A stretch of DNA of 63,912 nucleotides, filler included, from Octopus bimaculoides (lineage: Eukaryota): assembly GCF_001194135.2 (NCBI RefSeq). It is 9 parts of 5 records of this genome, joined end to end, with 100 filler letters (N's around TTAATTAATTAA, not from the genome) between each part and the next. Parts side by side here need not be neighbours in the genome. Positions count along the whole stretch, not along the records: positions 1 to 25,367 come from NC_068983.1; positions 25,468 to 27,772 come from NC_068987.1; 7 more parts are not named here. The stretch is one strand, 5' to 3'. The notes under the pieces were generated by a model. The model was not told where the DNA came from and did no database searches. It worked only from the letters and a program-made list of their open reading frames with translations. The translations under genes and the position numbers were made by a program. Shown piece by piece: positions 13,420 to 25,890 of the stretch; positions within the stretch are counted from its first letter, which is position 1, and the number at the start of each line of letters is the position of its first letter.

Positions 13420-13971
13420 CAGGAAGTAAAAAGATACCTTTAATTTTCAAAATCTCTGATCTAATCGTCTTAATATGTTTTCAGCGGTGTAGAATTTACA
13501 ATATAATTATTCTTTTTCATTCGAGGGCCATTATATTAAACATTTGCGAAGAGTAACCATGCCACGCACAAAAAACTCAGCAGAACTATCAGATTTTCAA
13601 AGAGGTTGTATTGTTGGCAATCTGAGGCTGGTCTTAGCCAGTGAAAAATTGCCTAAAATCTTCAAATTCCTCTTGCTACTGTTAATAGAATTATAGTGCA
13701 ATTCAAAAGCCAAGGAAAAGAATCAACAGATTCTCGTCCCGGCCGACCTGGGCTCTCGGATAGGAAGCTTCGCTTTTTGAAGAGAATTGTGGGAAACGAA
13801 CCCCGTTCGAAGGCTTCTGACATTGCAAAACAGCTCGGGGTTAGTTCAAGAACATGTGTTTCGTATGTACATAAGCTTGGGTGTTATGGACGAGCAGCTA
13901 GAAGAAAATCGCTCCTTCAATCAATTAACATCAAATAAAAGATTTTGAAAATTAAAGGTGTCTACTTACGG
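13420..13971 (+). mobile_element. Internally deleted Tc1-family transposon
   Basis: Imperfect TIRs (AGATACCTTTAATTTTCAAAATCT at left; AGATTTTGAAAATTAAAGGTGTCT at right, followed by TA) around a transposase 5' remnant. Confidence 0.8.
13559..13938 (+). pseudogene. Tc1 transposase N-terminal paired-like DNA-binding domain, disrupted
   Basis: MPRTKNSAELSDFQRGCIVG /frameshift/ [65 protein letters not shown]; catalytic domain absent. Confidence 0.9.
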
Positions 13972-14623
13972 TATATATGTGTGTATAATAGATATATATA
14001 TATATTTATTATGTATCTTGATGATTAATGTTTTGGCTGTTAGCACGAGACTTTTGAAACGTCGATATAAATTATGATGGGAAAACGCGAATGCGGTGAT
14101 TAGAATTTTGAATTTATCATCAAGTTGGTTTATCGCATGATCATATATGTATATATGGACGGCATACATAGCGCAAAATTACACAAACAACAACAATGAA
14201 ACAAAAATATACAAAAATACGTAAAAACATACGTAAAAAATTAAATTAACTCATGGCTACTAACGCTTAAAGTATTCCGTAATACTAAAGCAAATGAACG
14301 TGCGACTGTTATATAGAAGCTTAAAGGGCAGAAAACGTTCCCTTTGACAGAACATTCTACAGAAATGCGACAAGTATATCAGAAGACAAGAAAAAACCAA
14401 ATCTTTAAAAATATTTGAGAACGATTGTATGAATAACTGGAAAAAATTGAATGTGGATTTCGGAACTTTAATGCTGCAACACCAAATGCAAGCAACTGAT
14501 TGAGTACTTTCAAAAATTTGTAATGAAAATGATAAAACTGGAACACAGTTTTGTAATTAATAAAACACGCAGAAATGTGTGTGTATATGTATATATGTGT
14601 AGATATATATATCGATGTAAGTA

Positions 14624-14657
<34 letters not shown>

Positions 14658-14711
14658 CATATATATGTGTGTATATATATATATATATATGCATGTATGT
14701 ATGTATGTATG

Positions 14712-14785
<74 letters not shown>

Positions 14786-15282
14786 GTTATTGCGTATATA
14801 TACCTACATACCTACATACATACATACATACATACATACGTACCGTTCCTAAAGCATAAGAAGTAATGAACAAATACTTGAAGAATATGATCAAGATATG
14901 AAATATCTACTCATTGACACGACTTGCAGAAATACATCTGTACAATCTCACATGCTTACTGATTCTAAGGATACACGAAGGAAGGTTCTTGATGCAAAAC
15001 GGCCGAAAGAAGCTCATCGGCAATTTCCTCTGTTTAGTAGAATTGATTCCGGTTATTAAATGACTGCGAGATATTCTTAGAGACAAAAACTTAACGTAAC
15101 GCTATGTTTCTAGATTTTCTTTGACTCCTCAAATAAATGATACATAACTATACCTGATATTCTCATAACGTATTATAACGATCTAATCGACTGGCCCCTC
15201 CCCAAAATTTCGGGCCTTGTGCTTAGAGAAGAAATGAATCTTTTATCTTTGACTTGTTTTAATCATTTTGACTGCGGCCATG

Positions 15283-15313
<31 letters not shown>

Positions 15314-15342
15314 NNNNNNNNNNNNNNNNNNNNNNNNNNNNN

Positions 15343-15390
<48 letters not shown>

Positions 15391-15400
15391 ATTGTGTGTA

Positions 15401-17003
15401 CTAGCAGAAATACCGGGCGTCGCCCGGGCTAAAGAGAATGATGCAATTTAAAAATGCCATCTCAATTACGCAGGTCTCAACTGCTAGTAGCTGAGATACC
15501 AGCTTCCTACATCAATAACTTCCCAAACCATGCCAGCTTGGAACATAGACGTTAAGTGAAATGTTAAAAGAAAGTTTTCAACTTATATATGTATATAAAG
15601 TAAATACACGTAATTAAGAAACACGTTTTGTATAGCTTATTTCGTAACAAAAAAACTGATACAGATTATAAATAATGAAAAGCCGATTTTGGTGATTCAT
15701 TTGACAGAGGTAGTAGAGAGCCAATCCAACGATAAATTTGACCTTGGATGTTGAACGTTTGCATGAATCCTGGCTCAGTTAAATCTCTTGTGGCTCGAAA
15801 TGATGTCATCTGTCGTGCAGCGTTGTATTGTATAATTTTGTTTTGGAAGTGTTTGGAATCTTGATCCGTTGATGACAACAGTTTCTTCAATGGCTCTGGA
15901 GGTTGGTGGGGTTGTAGGGAGTTTAATCTTTCCACCACTGCAGCACAGTGCAGGTGTCTCTCCAGGCCATATCCTTGCTTTACAATGTATGCACTCAGTT
16001 GTCATTGCACTGATGGAAACTCTAGCGTCATCGGCATAATGAACTTTTGGATTATAATTGAAAGCTGCTTCATAGAAGTTGCTTCTCTGAGTTGTTGCAA
16101 CTGCTCTTCGGTCTGCAGTGGAGATCCTGTTCCCTGTCAGTTATGCATACCTCTGTTCATCACTTTGAGATGCTCTGGCTCTTGTAGTNNNNNNNNNNCT
16201 TCGGTCTGCAGTGGAGATCCTGTTCCCTGTCAGTTATGCATACCTCTGTTCATCACTTTGAGATGCTCTGGCTCTTGTAGTGCACAGTCTGTTCGTTTCT
16301 TGGTATGCTTCCCTTTCTGCAGCTGTCTCTCTTCCTCTGTTCAGAGACATTCTTTTGGCTGACCTTGACATTGTAGACAAATTTGGCACTTTCCTTCTAG
16401 GCATGGTTAAATACGTATACAGAAATACACGGGTGCAGAAGATAGTAAACAATGAAAATAACTTGGTAACGGAAATTATATTTTTTAATACGATTGACAG
16501 AAAGTAGATAAGAAATTTTTACGGAAAATAAGGAATTGTACGGGTTGAAGCGAAATCTGTCACTTACTGAATCAAAAAGCAAGTCTCGAAGGAACCAGAA
16601 AAAAGCCGTTAACAACTGAAAAACACAAAACCGTTGCAAAACGAAATAATAAAGGTTTAGGGAAATTAACTAAATGTACGTGTCTAAGTGAAATTTTTGA
16701 AGTTACATCTATCAGTAAATCATGAACTTACGTTTATCAGCAATTCCGTCAAAAAAAAAAAAAAAGAAAAAGAAAAAAAGAGAAACACAAAATGTTGTAA
16801 ATGTAAATAAGAAATTCGTAGGCGTATTTAACGAAGTGTATGGATTGAAGTGTAATTTATGAAGTTACTTCTGTCAGTAAATTATGTATGAAATTACTTT
16901 CATAAGTAATTGTGAACTTCTGCTAGTAATTTATCGTTGTTGTTTGTAAATAGCAATTGAAAACTTACAGTGAAAACAATAGAGAATGAGTGTGATATAG
17001 AGA

Positions 17004-17038
<35 letters not shown>

Positions 17039-17520
17039 AGTTAGTTAGACAAATAAGATAGGTAGATAGATAACGTATGGACAAATAGATACAGAGAGAT
17101 AGATATAGAGAAAGAGATGGATAGAGAGATATAGAGAAATATATAGATGGGTAAAGAGATATAGATAGAGAGATAGAGACGTCACTACCGCTAGAAAACC
17201 GGAAGTAAATATTTACAAAAATCTTTCACGGATGTGAATCTAATATAAATGCAATATTTTTTTTTTCTATGACCAATGGATGTGAAGGAGGCAATCAATT
17301 TCTGAAAGTTACATCGGAAAGAGTTACCTCCTTTATCCACGTAACTCAGGAAATGGTATTTTCCGCCCCCTAATTATGCGAAAAATTTTAAGAGTCTAAA
17401 ACCATCCCTGGAACATAAGTAATGTATGCTCCCAGTTTGGAGAAAGTTGAAAAACACGGCCGTTATAATCTTTTACACACACACACAAGACGGTATTTAC
17501 TCTCTCTCTATATATATATA
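15401..17520 (-). mobile_element. Internally deleted Helitron
   Basis: Minus-strand 3' end CCGGGCGACGCCCGG hairpin, then TATTTCTG-CTAG|T at 15401; RepHel N-terminal remnant inside; 5' end only approximate. Confidence 0.9.
15690..16404 (-). pseudogene. Helitron RepHel N-terminal region (zinc finger and Helitron-like N domain)
   Basis: MPRRK..YA*..AAFNNYNPKVHYADDARVSISAMTTECIHCKARIWPGETPALCCSGGKIKLP /frameshift/ PPEPLKKLL..SKHFQNKIIQYNAARQMTSF..FNIQGQIYRWIGSLLP; Rep and helicase deleted. Confidence 0.92.
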
Positions 17521-17902
17521 TGTGTGTGTGTGTGCGTCCGTGCGTGCGTGTATGTATAGGCAAAAGTGACAGAGGTCACTGACTAACACCGCTTATGCTA
17601 AAATAAAAGTTAAATTAACTCCAAAGCCACTAAAACACTATACGTAATGACTGACAAAGGGAAGTAAGTCCCCAGCGTATATAGCCGTATCGCAATTTCC
17701 AATTTTAGTGTAAACCACATCAGTTCTAATCATTAGCTCTCAACGCCTAGGATTAAACTCAAAGTTCCTTTGTCAATCTTAGAAGAAAAACCTTTGAACA
17801 AGTGCTGATTATCAAAACGATAAAAGTGTAAACAACAAATTAACAGGGTGACTAATTAGCAATTAGCAAATGTAAAATTAATATATATATATACATATAC
17901 AT

Positions 17903-17946
<44 letters not shown>

Positions 17947-17947
17947 T

Positions 17948-18162
17948 CTTTTCTACTCTAAGCACAAGGCCTGAAATTTTGGGGTGGGGGCCAGTCAATT
18001 AGATCGACCTCAGTGCGCAACTGGTACTTAATTTATCGACTCCGAAAAGATGACAGGCAAAGTCGACCTCGGCGGAATTTGAATACAGAATGTAAATAGA
18101 GACGTAATATCGCTAAGCATTTCACCCAGCGTGCTAACGATTCTGCCAGCTTGCCTCCCTAA
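17948..18162 (-). mobile_element. SINE family B, tail variant 2
   Basis: Reverse complement of family B with CTTTTCTACTCTA.GCACAAGGCC end. Confidence 0.9.
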
Positions 18163-18978
18163 TATATATAATGCTTTCCTGAATGACACAGGCATAAGAA
18201 CTCACTCAGATTAATGTGCATATTCATCCATCTAACTATCCATCTATTTTCTACACCAACTACGCGTAAATAGAGACTTAGGCAGCGAGTTCATGATTTC
18301 CTAATAGAAGCAACCGTACTTATCATTTCGGACTAGTTCCCTAAGGCGTGATCAGCTGAGACAATGGATGTTATCAAACCAACTCATTCTTAGTTTATCC
18401 CTCAATCACCTGACCATTTGATTCTTTCCTGTGGAAAGATAGATACATATAGATACATATATACATAAAGATAGATCCAATGCCCGTTGCACCGAAAATT
18501 TTACCACTCAATACCAATAAACAAGCGAATTGATCTTGAGACACTCCAAGCTTTGCATATTCTCATGCATATACTAGCAAAATATTGGAATATGTTTGAC
18601 TATACGATAAATTATGCAAATACACAAAATTATTTGTAAAAACGCTTGATTTAATTCATGTTGTCTTTACTCTCTATTGCCAATTTAGTCCAATCACTTG
18701 TTTTTATCATAGTTTAAGACGGGAAATATATTGACTTAAGAACAAGTAAATGCGCAAGAGTGTAAAATTTCAGTTAACCGATTCAACGTAAAATGGATGA
18801 ACACAGAGCTTTGATATTACGATTGTTCATTAAATACTGATGTTCAGTCAATAATATTGTTTCAGCGTGACACAGCCAGCAAATAAACACAATTTAAAAA
18901 CAAAGAAACATTAATTCGTAAATATATATGTATATAAGAACAGATAGAGATAAGCTGAATGTAACTCTAGGAAAAATT

Positions 18979-19111
<133 letters not shown>

Positions 19112-19414
19112 AGATAATTTTTATAATTGCAAACCTCAGGGGTGTCAGGTCATTTAGTAAGCTATACTCTCTCTCTCACTCTCTCTCTCTCTTAATTACT
19201 CACGCTAAGTTATGTAGCTAAAACACTTAATTATATATATATATGTATATACATGCATACACACGCATAAAGATAGATATATGGACACAAATACCGAACA
19301 ATGAGAATGAGTGCTCAACACCGCATTCATGGATAACAGAAATACACACATATACCTTGCAACACAAATTGATAAACTTATATATATATATATATTTACC
19401 AATATATATATGCA

Positions 19415-19454
<40 letters not shown>

Positions 19455-19726
19455 AATATATATATATTTATATACACGCACACATATCTATCTCCATATA
19501 TTTATATACACACTCATATATACTGATATGAGTCTATAAAATGTTATGTAGATACAAGTAAATCTATCTACCTACCTCTTCTTCGTTGTTATATAAAATG
19601 TGTGTCTGTATTTGTGTGCGTGTTCTTGAGTATGTGTGTGAAGTAAAATAAAATTAGATAAGAATACATGAAAAATGAATAAATTTTCTTAAATGAATGC
19701 AGACACGCATGCACACATACACACAC

Positions 19727-19768
<42 letters not shown>

Positions 19769-19776
19769 TATATATA

Positions 19777-19817
<41 letters not shown>

Positions 19818-20273
19818 GTTCATGTATGTATACAGACAAAAAATTTCTCTGTTTTTATTCTTTCTCAACCAAGAAAACTTATCCATCTTTTCATGTGTTC
19901 TTATCTAATTTTATTGTATTTACCAATTATTTTATGTACTTAACTGTCTGAAAGACATCACACCGATGAAGGAAATGCAATTTCCGAAAGTGAGATGTCT
20001 GTGAATGTAGTAAGAACATATGATGAAAGGAAATTAACAAATTAATTTATTCAGAAAAGATAGATAAATAGAAATATATCGTATTGTAATTAGTTTAGAA
20101 CGAAACGAGAAAGCAAAACAACTATTTACAGCGGCTTTTTCTGTCTCTAAATAACAGCCAGTGATGCATGTGTGTGTGGATGTATGTGTATTGTATAAGT
20201 ATTTCATTCAAATACGCGTTTGTGTGCGCATGTATGAGCATACACATGTAATCTCTCTCTCTCTTTCTCTCTA

Positions 20274-20348
<75 letters not shown>

Positions 20349-21259
20349 GTTTCTGTATATATATGTATATTTACACACACACACATATATATACATATAT
20401 AGTTGAAAGTTATAGAAAAAACAAAAGACAACGGCAGGTGAATATATATATATATATATTCCAATAACACTCTGTATAAACCCTGTATTTGGAATGACCA
20501 ATTTCAAAGACTGTTGGATTTTACTCATAGGGTATTGGAATCTTAATGATGGATTTACAAATGAAGGGGCGATTTACTTGTTCTTGGTTTTATTTTATAA
20601 AAAAAAATCATCAAATCTTATTATCAATATACTTTTAAATGTGAATTATTTTTATTTTTGTTAATTATTCTAATTAGATGCTAGACAATTTTTCTTGTTA
20701 TTGACCCAAGTTCCAATAGAAACCTGCAGTGTCCGGCCCTGAACTAATTTCGCGGGTTTGCGACGCGTTTGTCATTTTATATTGATGATTGCGTTTCTTT
20801 GATTATTAATGAAAGAGAGGAATATATTGTTTCTAACATTAGGGCTCTATTATTATTTCAATTACGAAAACAAAGATTTGGCTTCGTTATTTCGTGGTGG
20901 TTTAATTGGTATTTAGATAGAGAATTAATTTTAGTTTATTTCTATTTGTCGTAGGTCGATAATTTGTAAATGTGATGTGAAGTTTCTTTTTAGGACTGAA
21001 AATTCTACTATTCTTCCACTCATTAAACTGCTGATGAAAAGTTTTATTTGTACACATGTATACACAAACACACGTAAATAATTACGTGCATACATTTATA
21101 CATACAAACATTCATACATACATAGATATATACATACATACATACATGCATACAGATACATACAGATATATACATACATAAATACATACATACATAGAAG
21201 CATGCATGCATACATATATACATGATTAAGCTCATTTAAAATAAAGAGAACTTGTTAAT

Positions 21260-21312
21260 CTGATACAGTCCGACGATGGCTCAGCTGGCCAAAACTTCGA
21301 AGTTACTGTCAG
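21260..21312 (+). ncRNA. Decayed type-I hammerhead ribozyme motif
   Basis: Stem I ACAGT/ACTGT; core CCGACGA (U4C); stem II GGC/GCC; AAAA (G12A, CpG-decay-like); palindromic stem III ACTTCGAAGT; GTT triplet. Confidence 0.6.
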
Positions 21313-21347
21313 CGTCATTTTTGTTTAACAACAAACACATACACGTA

Positions 21348-21393
<46 letters not shown>

Positions 21394-21659
21394 CACACAC
21401 ACACACACACACGCACATACTGATTGAAGGGGATTATTGCATATCAAAATAAAGTTACAACGCACATGTTGACTTGACGGTTTGACACAAATCAACCGAT
21501 AAATAATACATGTCCCCAGTGAATTGTTCATCAATGAACGGAGGTTAACTGGTGATTGAGGATAAGCAAATGTACGAGTATCCGAAATTGAGCAGAACAT
21601 TCAGTGTGGCGTAATATAAGAGCAAAAAATAGTAAAATGTACACCAATGATTATAATCT

Positions 21660-21870
21660 TTTCTACTCTAGGCACAAGTCCAAAAAATTTTAGGGAGGAG
21701 GCCAGTCTATTAGATCGAACCCAATACGCTACGGATACTTAATTTATTGACCCCGAAAGGTGAAATGCAAGGTCGACCTCGACGGAATTTGAACTCAGAA
21801 CCTAAAGACGGACGAAATACCGCTAAGCATTTCGCCCGGTGTGCTACCTTTTCTGCCAGTTCACCACCTT
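21660..21870 (-). mobile_element. SINE family B, tail variant 2
   Basis: As 17948-18162. Confidence 0.9.
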
Positions 21871-22555
21871 ACACAAATGATTACACAAATATTCATAAGA
21901 ATACACGACTACGACGTAACATCGTACTTTCAGTTACGTAAGACATGCAACATGCATAAATTTATGCGATATACATCAATATATAATAGCTGCAAATCCT
22001 CGGGCATATTTGATATGTTGTAAGACTGATAGGTTCGACAACGTATGAACATACAAAGCGAGAATGATAACAGTTCAACATAGATGTGGGCGGACAATAC
22101 TCAGCCAACCAGAAATTATATCTAATGAAAGCAGACTGCCTGAGAATCTTCAAGCGAGATTGGTGAGAGATAAAATTATTACTAAATAGAACAAATAATT
22201 TTTAAAATATGAAAGAATAGTTGAATGGCTTATTCTATCTTCAGCTGACTTCAAAGCAACAGACTCCGCCCATAATCAGACACCAGCAGCACAAATTCCT
22301 TGTCACAAAGACCGGCAAGAAATTGAAAACTGCAGACTTAATCGTAGAGAGACGATGTACAAAATTATATTTATCTTATTGTGTCGCGTTGTTATGATAG
22401 TGATACGTATGGGTTGATAAGATTGCGCCGTCTGTTAATTTTCGTAAATTTAATATATATACGAATGTGTATAGTTTAATTACTGTAAAATAACTAGAAT
22501 GAATACACTAGGGTTTGTTAAGAAAAATATAGCTAATTAGAGTAAAGATGAAATT

Positions 22556-22912
22556 CAGTGATACCTCGCAGTACAAGTTTAATTCGTTCCATGATCGAAC
22601 TCGTCTTACGATTTACTCGTTTACTAATTAATTTTCCCCATTGAAATTAAGTAAAATGTAATGAATCCATTCCAGCCGCCACACAAAAAACCACTAAAGA
22701 ATATTTGTTTATGCGTTTTAAAACAGAAAAAGTGCAGTTACAAATAAAATGACAATTATAAAAAAGAAACATGTAAACTGGTTTTATTAAATGAACTACC
22801 TTAAAAACGGGACGATTTGTGTTATCGTACTGCGGATATCTGCTCGTACGAGCCTCGTGTCATACAGCAAATTACTTGTGCAATTGAGCACTCGTATTGC
22901 GAGGTTCTACTG
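22556..22912. mobile_element. pogo/Tigger-like MITE
   Basis: CAGTGATACCTCGCAGTACAAGT ... ACTCGTATTGCGAGGTTCTACTG|TA TIRs. Confidence 0.8.
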
Positions 22913-23151
22913 TATAAGGATGATTAATCTATAGAAATGTAAAAACTCCCATCGCCATAGCGTAGAGAGATTGAGGAAAAAATAGTGAATCAATCACTGC
23001 GAGCCATAATCACAAGTGCAGTAACAGAAAACACAATTTGTAACATGTGACCCGCACGAACATAATCAAAGGTGTGTTTAAACGAAGCTTATGTAGGGAG
23101 TTATAAAATTTAAACTTAGTTTCCAATTCATAAATATATATAATTTGTTAA

Positions 23152-23534
23152 TGTGGTGGCACTCCGTCGGTTACGACGACGAGGGTTCCAGTTGATCCGA
23201 TCAACAGAAGAGCCTGCTCGTGAAATTAACGTGCAAGTGGCTGAACACTCCACAGACACGTGTACTCTTGACGTAGTTCACGGGGAGATTCAGCGTGACA
23301 CAGAGTGTGACAAGGCTGGCTCTTTGAAATACAGGTACAACAGAAACAGGAAAAAAGAGTGAGAGAAAGTTGTGGTGAAAGAGTACAGCTGGAGTTCCCC
23401 CCCACCTGCCGGAGCCTGGTGGAATTTTAGGTGTTTTCGCTCAATAAACACTCACAACACGTGGTCTGGAAATCGAAACCGCGATCCTACAACCGCGAGT
23501 CCGCTGCCCTAACCACTGGGCCATTGCGCCTCCA
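23152..23534 (-). mobile_element. SINE family C (tRNA-derived head)
   Basis: Minus strand TGGAGGCGCAATGGCCCAGTGGTTAGGG..GTTTCGATTTCC head; near-identical copies at 29651 and 38771. Confidence 0.92.
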
Positions 23535-24179
23535 TGCATGCTTTACACACACATATACACACACACGCATGCATGTGCATTGGCGGTGGATTTTGAAAGC
23601 TCAACAAAAAACCGAGCAAATGTTTCATTAGAGAATTATGTTCGTTATCTCGTGTTTGCGAGATCAAATCTCACCAGATGTGAACAAACGGATACAACAA
23701 CTGAGGATTTATATAAAGGTAACCAATTACTCTTTCCCTATATCTCAAAATCCTTCGACTTCTCTCTGGAATTCTACCTAATTTCATTTAAATTCCTTAC
23801 GGCATTATAATGTCATTACCTTTTAACTTTAGGAAAGCTTACCACTATGATAATTCTTAAGAGATTAAATGATGAAAAACAGATATCTGTGGAGACGGAT
23901 ATTCAAAATGAAATTCTAGACATATTTCAAAGAAATTCTCTTTCGTTGTTCAGTGATTTTTAAATTTATTTATCGTTATTTACGTATTTGCTTTATTTAT
24001 TGATTTATGCTTTTCTGTCTATTGTTTCTTATTCCGTTTAGATTTGTGTACATGAGAGCATGTTGCCTAGTGGTTTGTAGTACTGTTGCATTTACGATCA
24101 CAAGATCGTGGTTTCAAATCACAGCCCAGGCGATACACTGTGTTTTTTGAGTAAGAGAAAAAAAGTCGCGTTCCTCTGC

Positions 24180-24375
24180 GATCTCACATGGCTCTAGTAA
24201 CACAGGAATAGATGGTTGAATATTTCTATGAGCACATAACCCCTAAAATTTGGCCTCCTAATTTCCCAGATGTCAATCCATTGGACTATTACATGTGCAG
24301 CGCTGGTGAGAGAGAGGTCAATAAACACGCCCATAACATCAAAGATTCTTTGAAATCTACGATTGTCAGTTATGT
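24180..24375 (+). pseudogene. IS630-Tc1-mariner (maT/DD37D-like) transposase C-terminal fragment
   Basis: SHMALVTQE*MVEYFYEHITPKIWPPNFPDVNPLDYYMCSAGEREVNKHAHNIKDSLK matches the WPPNSPDLNPLDY motif. Confidence 0.8.
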
Positions 24376-24664
24376 TCAAAATGAACCCATACGCTCAGTC
24401 TGGAAATCGTAACCGCGAGTTAGCTGCCCTTACTGGGTCATTACGCATCCACGCACCCTGTATATATGCACACACACACCTGATGTTTAGCACATCGTGC
24501 ACTTGCACAAGCAATGTCGATTTCATTGAGGGCATTTGTACAGCACAAACAGTTAGTCACTGTAAACATATCATTAATGGAGGTTGTTCATAAAGAAACT
24601 GTTGAAACCTTTTCTGTTGTTCACGACAGGGAAGTCTACCCTTAAGTTAGTTTAATCAAACTTT

Positions 24665-24930
24665 CGGTGAGCTGGCCGAATCATTAACACGTAGGGCAAA
24701 ATTACTTATTGGCATTTCCTAGGGCGCTTTATGACCTGGGTTCAAATCTCACCGACTGACAACAGGCATTAGATTATACAGCCTCGTAACTTAGCAATCT
24801 AGCAAAATAGAGCGATAGAATAAATGCTAGGCTTTAAAACAAACTACTCGGGTCCATTTGTTCGACGAAACATTTCAAGACGTTGCCCCTGCTTGGCCAC
24901 AGTCCAATAAATGAAATAAGTAAAGGATAA
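24665..24930 (+). mobile_element. Chimeric SINE: family B head joined to family A tail
   Basis: GGTGAGCTGGCCGAATCATTAACACG..GGGTTCAAATCTCACCGA followed by CGTAACTTAGC..GATAGAATAAATGCTAGGCTT.. Confidence 0.65.
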
Positions 24931-24971
24931 CCTCAGAATTGAGAGCAGATCATAAAGGGTCGAAAGAAATA

Positions 24972-25367
24972 CTTATTTCTTTATTGCTCACAAGGGGCTA
25001 AATATAGAGGGGACAAACTAGGACAGACAAAGGTATTAAGTCGATTACATCGACCGCAGTGCGTAATTGGTACTTAATTTATTGACCTCGAAAAGATGAA
25101 AGGCAAAGTCGACTTCGGCGGAATTTGAGCTCAGAACGTAACAGCAGACGAAATACCGCTAAGCACTTCACCCGGCGTGCTAACGTTTCTTATTTCTTTA
25201 TTGCCTACAAGGGGCTAAACATAGAGGGGACGAACAAGGACAGACAAAGAGATTAAGTCGATTACATCGACCGTAGTGCGTAATTGGTACTTAATTTATT
25301 GACCTCGAAAAGATGAAAGGCAAAGTCGACTTCGGCGGAATTTGAGCTCAGAACGTAACAGCAGACG
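24972..25367 (-). mobile_element. SINE family B tandem array (at least 2 near-identical units, runs into a gap)
   Basis: About 215-bp units joined at GTGCTAACG|TTTCT|TATTTC (25186-25190). Confidence 0.92.
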
Positions 25368-25467
25368 NNNNNNNNNNNNNNNNNNNNNNNNNNNNNNNNN
25401 NNNNNNNNNNNTTAATTAATTAANNNNNNNNNNNNNNNNNNNNNNNNNNNNNNNNNNNNNNNNNNNN
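25368..25467. other. Assembly linker: 44 N + TTAATTAATTAA + 44 N (also near 27817, 41553, 44060, 46693, 56823, 59628, 62348)
   Basis: The same 12-mer sits in the middle of 100-nt gaps eight times and has stops in all six frames. Confidence 0.97.
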
Positions 25468-25525
25468 CAGGCTGATGAGGAATAGACAAATGGTAAGAAT
25501 TTGTTAAATCCGAAACTAGTTCCTG
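25468..25525 (+). ncRNA. Type-I hammerhead ribozyme, intact catalytic core, Penelope-type palindromic stem III
   Basis: CAGG-CTGATGA-GGA..ACAAAT(GGTAAGA)ATTTGT..TCC-GAAA-CTAG-TT-CCTG: stem I CAGG/CCTG, G10.1-C11.1 pair, palindrome AACTAGTT, predicted cleavage after 25521. Confidence 0.75.
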
Positions 25526-25720
25526 TTTAATAATGCTTATTTAGGTGATTTTAAATGTCTTGCCCGCTCACGTTTTTGGTATGCTGCTATATTTCATGTT
25601 GAGAACAATTTAGGTTTTAATAGACACAAGATGTGATCTATTTCTAGCGCATCAATTGTCCACGTTAGTGGTCGACGTTATTTTTTAAAATGTATCTATC
25701 TTAGACAGATAGGTAGATAG

Positions 25721-25773
<53 letters not shown>

Positions 25774-25890
25774 AAGAGAGATGTTATCCACAATACGTCG
25801 TGAATCAGAAGTGAAATTAAATGTTATAAACATTGCTTTGGGTGAAATAAGAACGATGTAAAAACATTCCTTATACATACATGTATAAAA

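Noticed and set aside
16106-16281. Identical 83-bp direct repeat in the Helitron ORF
   Set aside because: The copies flank a 10-N gap and are identical; most likely an unmerged contig overlap
25412-25423. Recurrent palindromic TTAATTAATTAA between N-runs (8 times)
   Set aside because: Always centred in a 100-nt gap; an artificial six-frame-stop scaffolding linker, not biology
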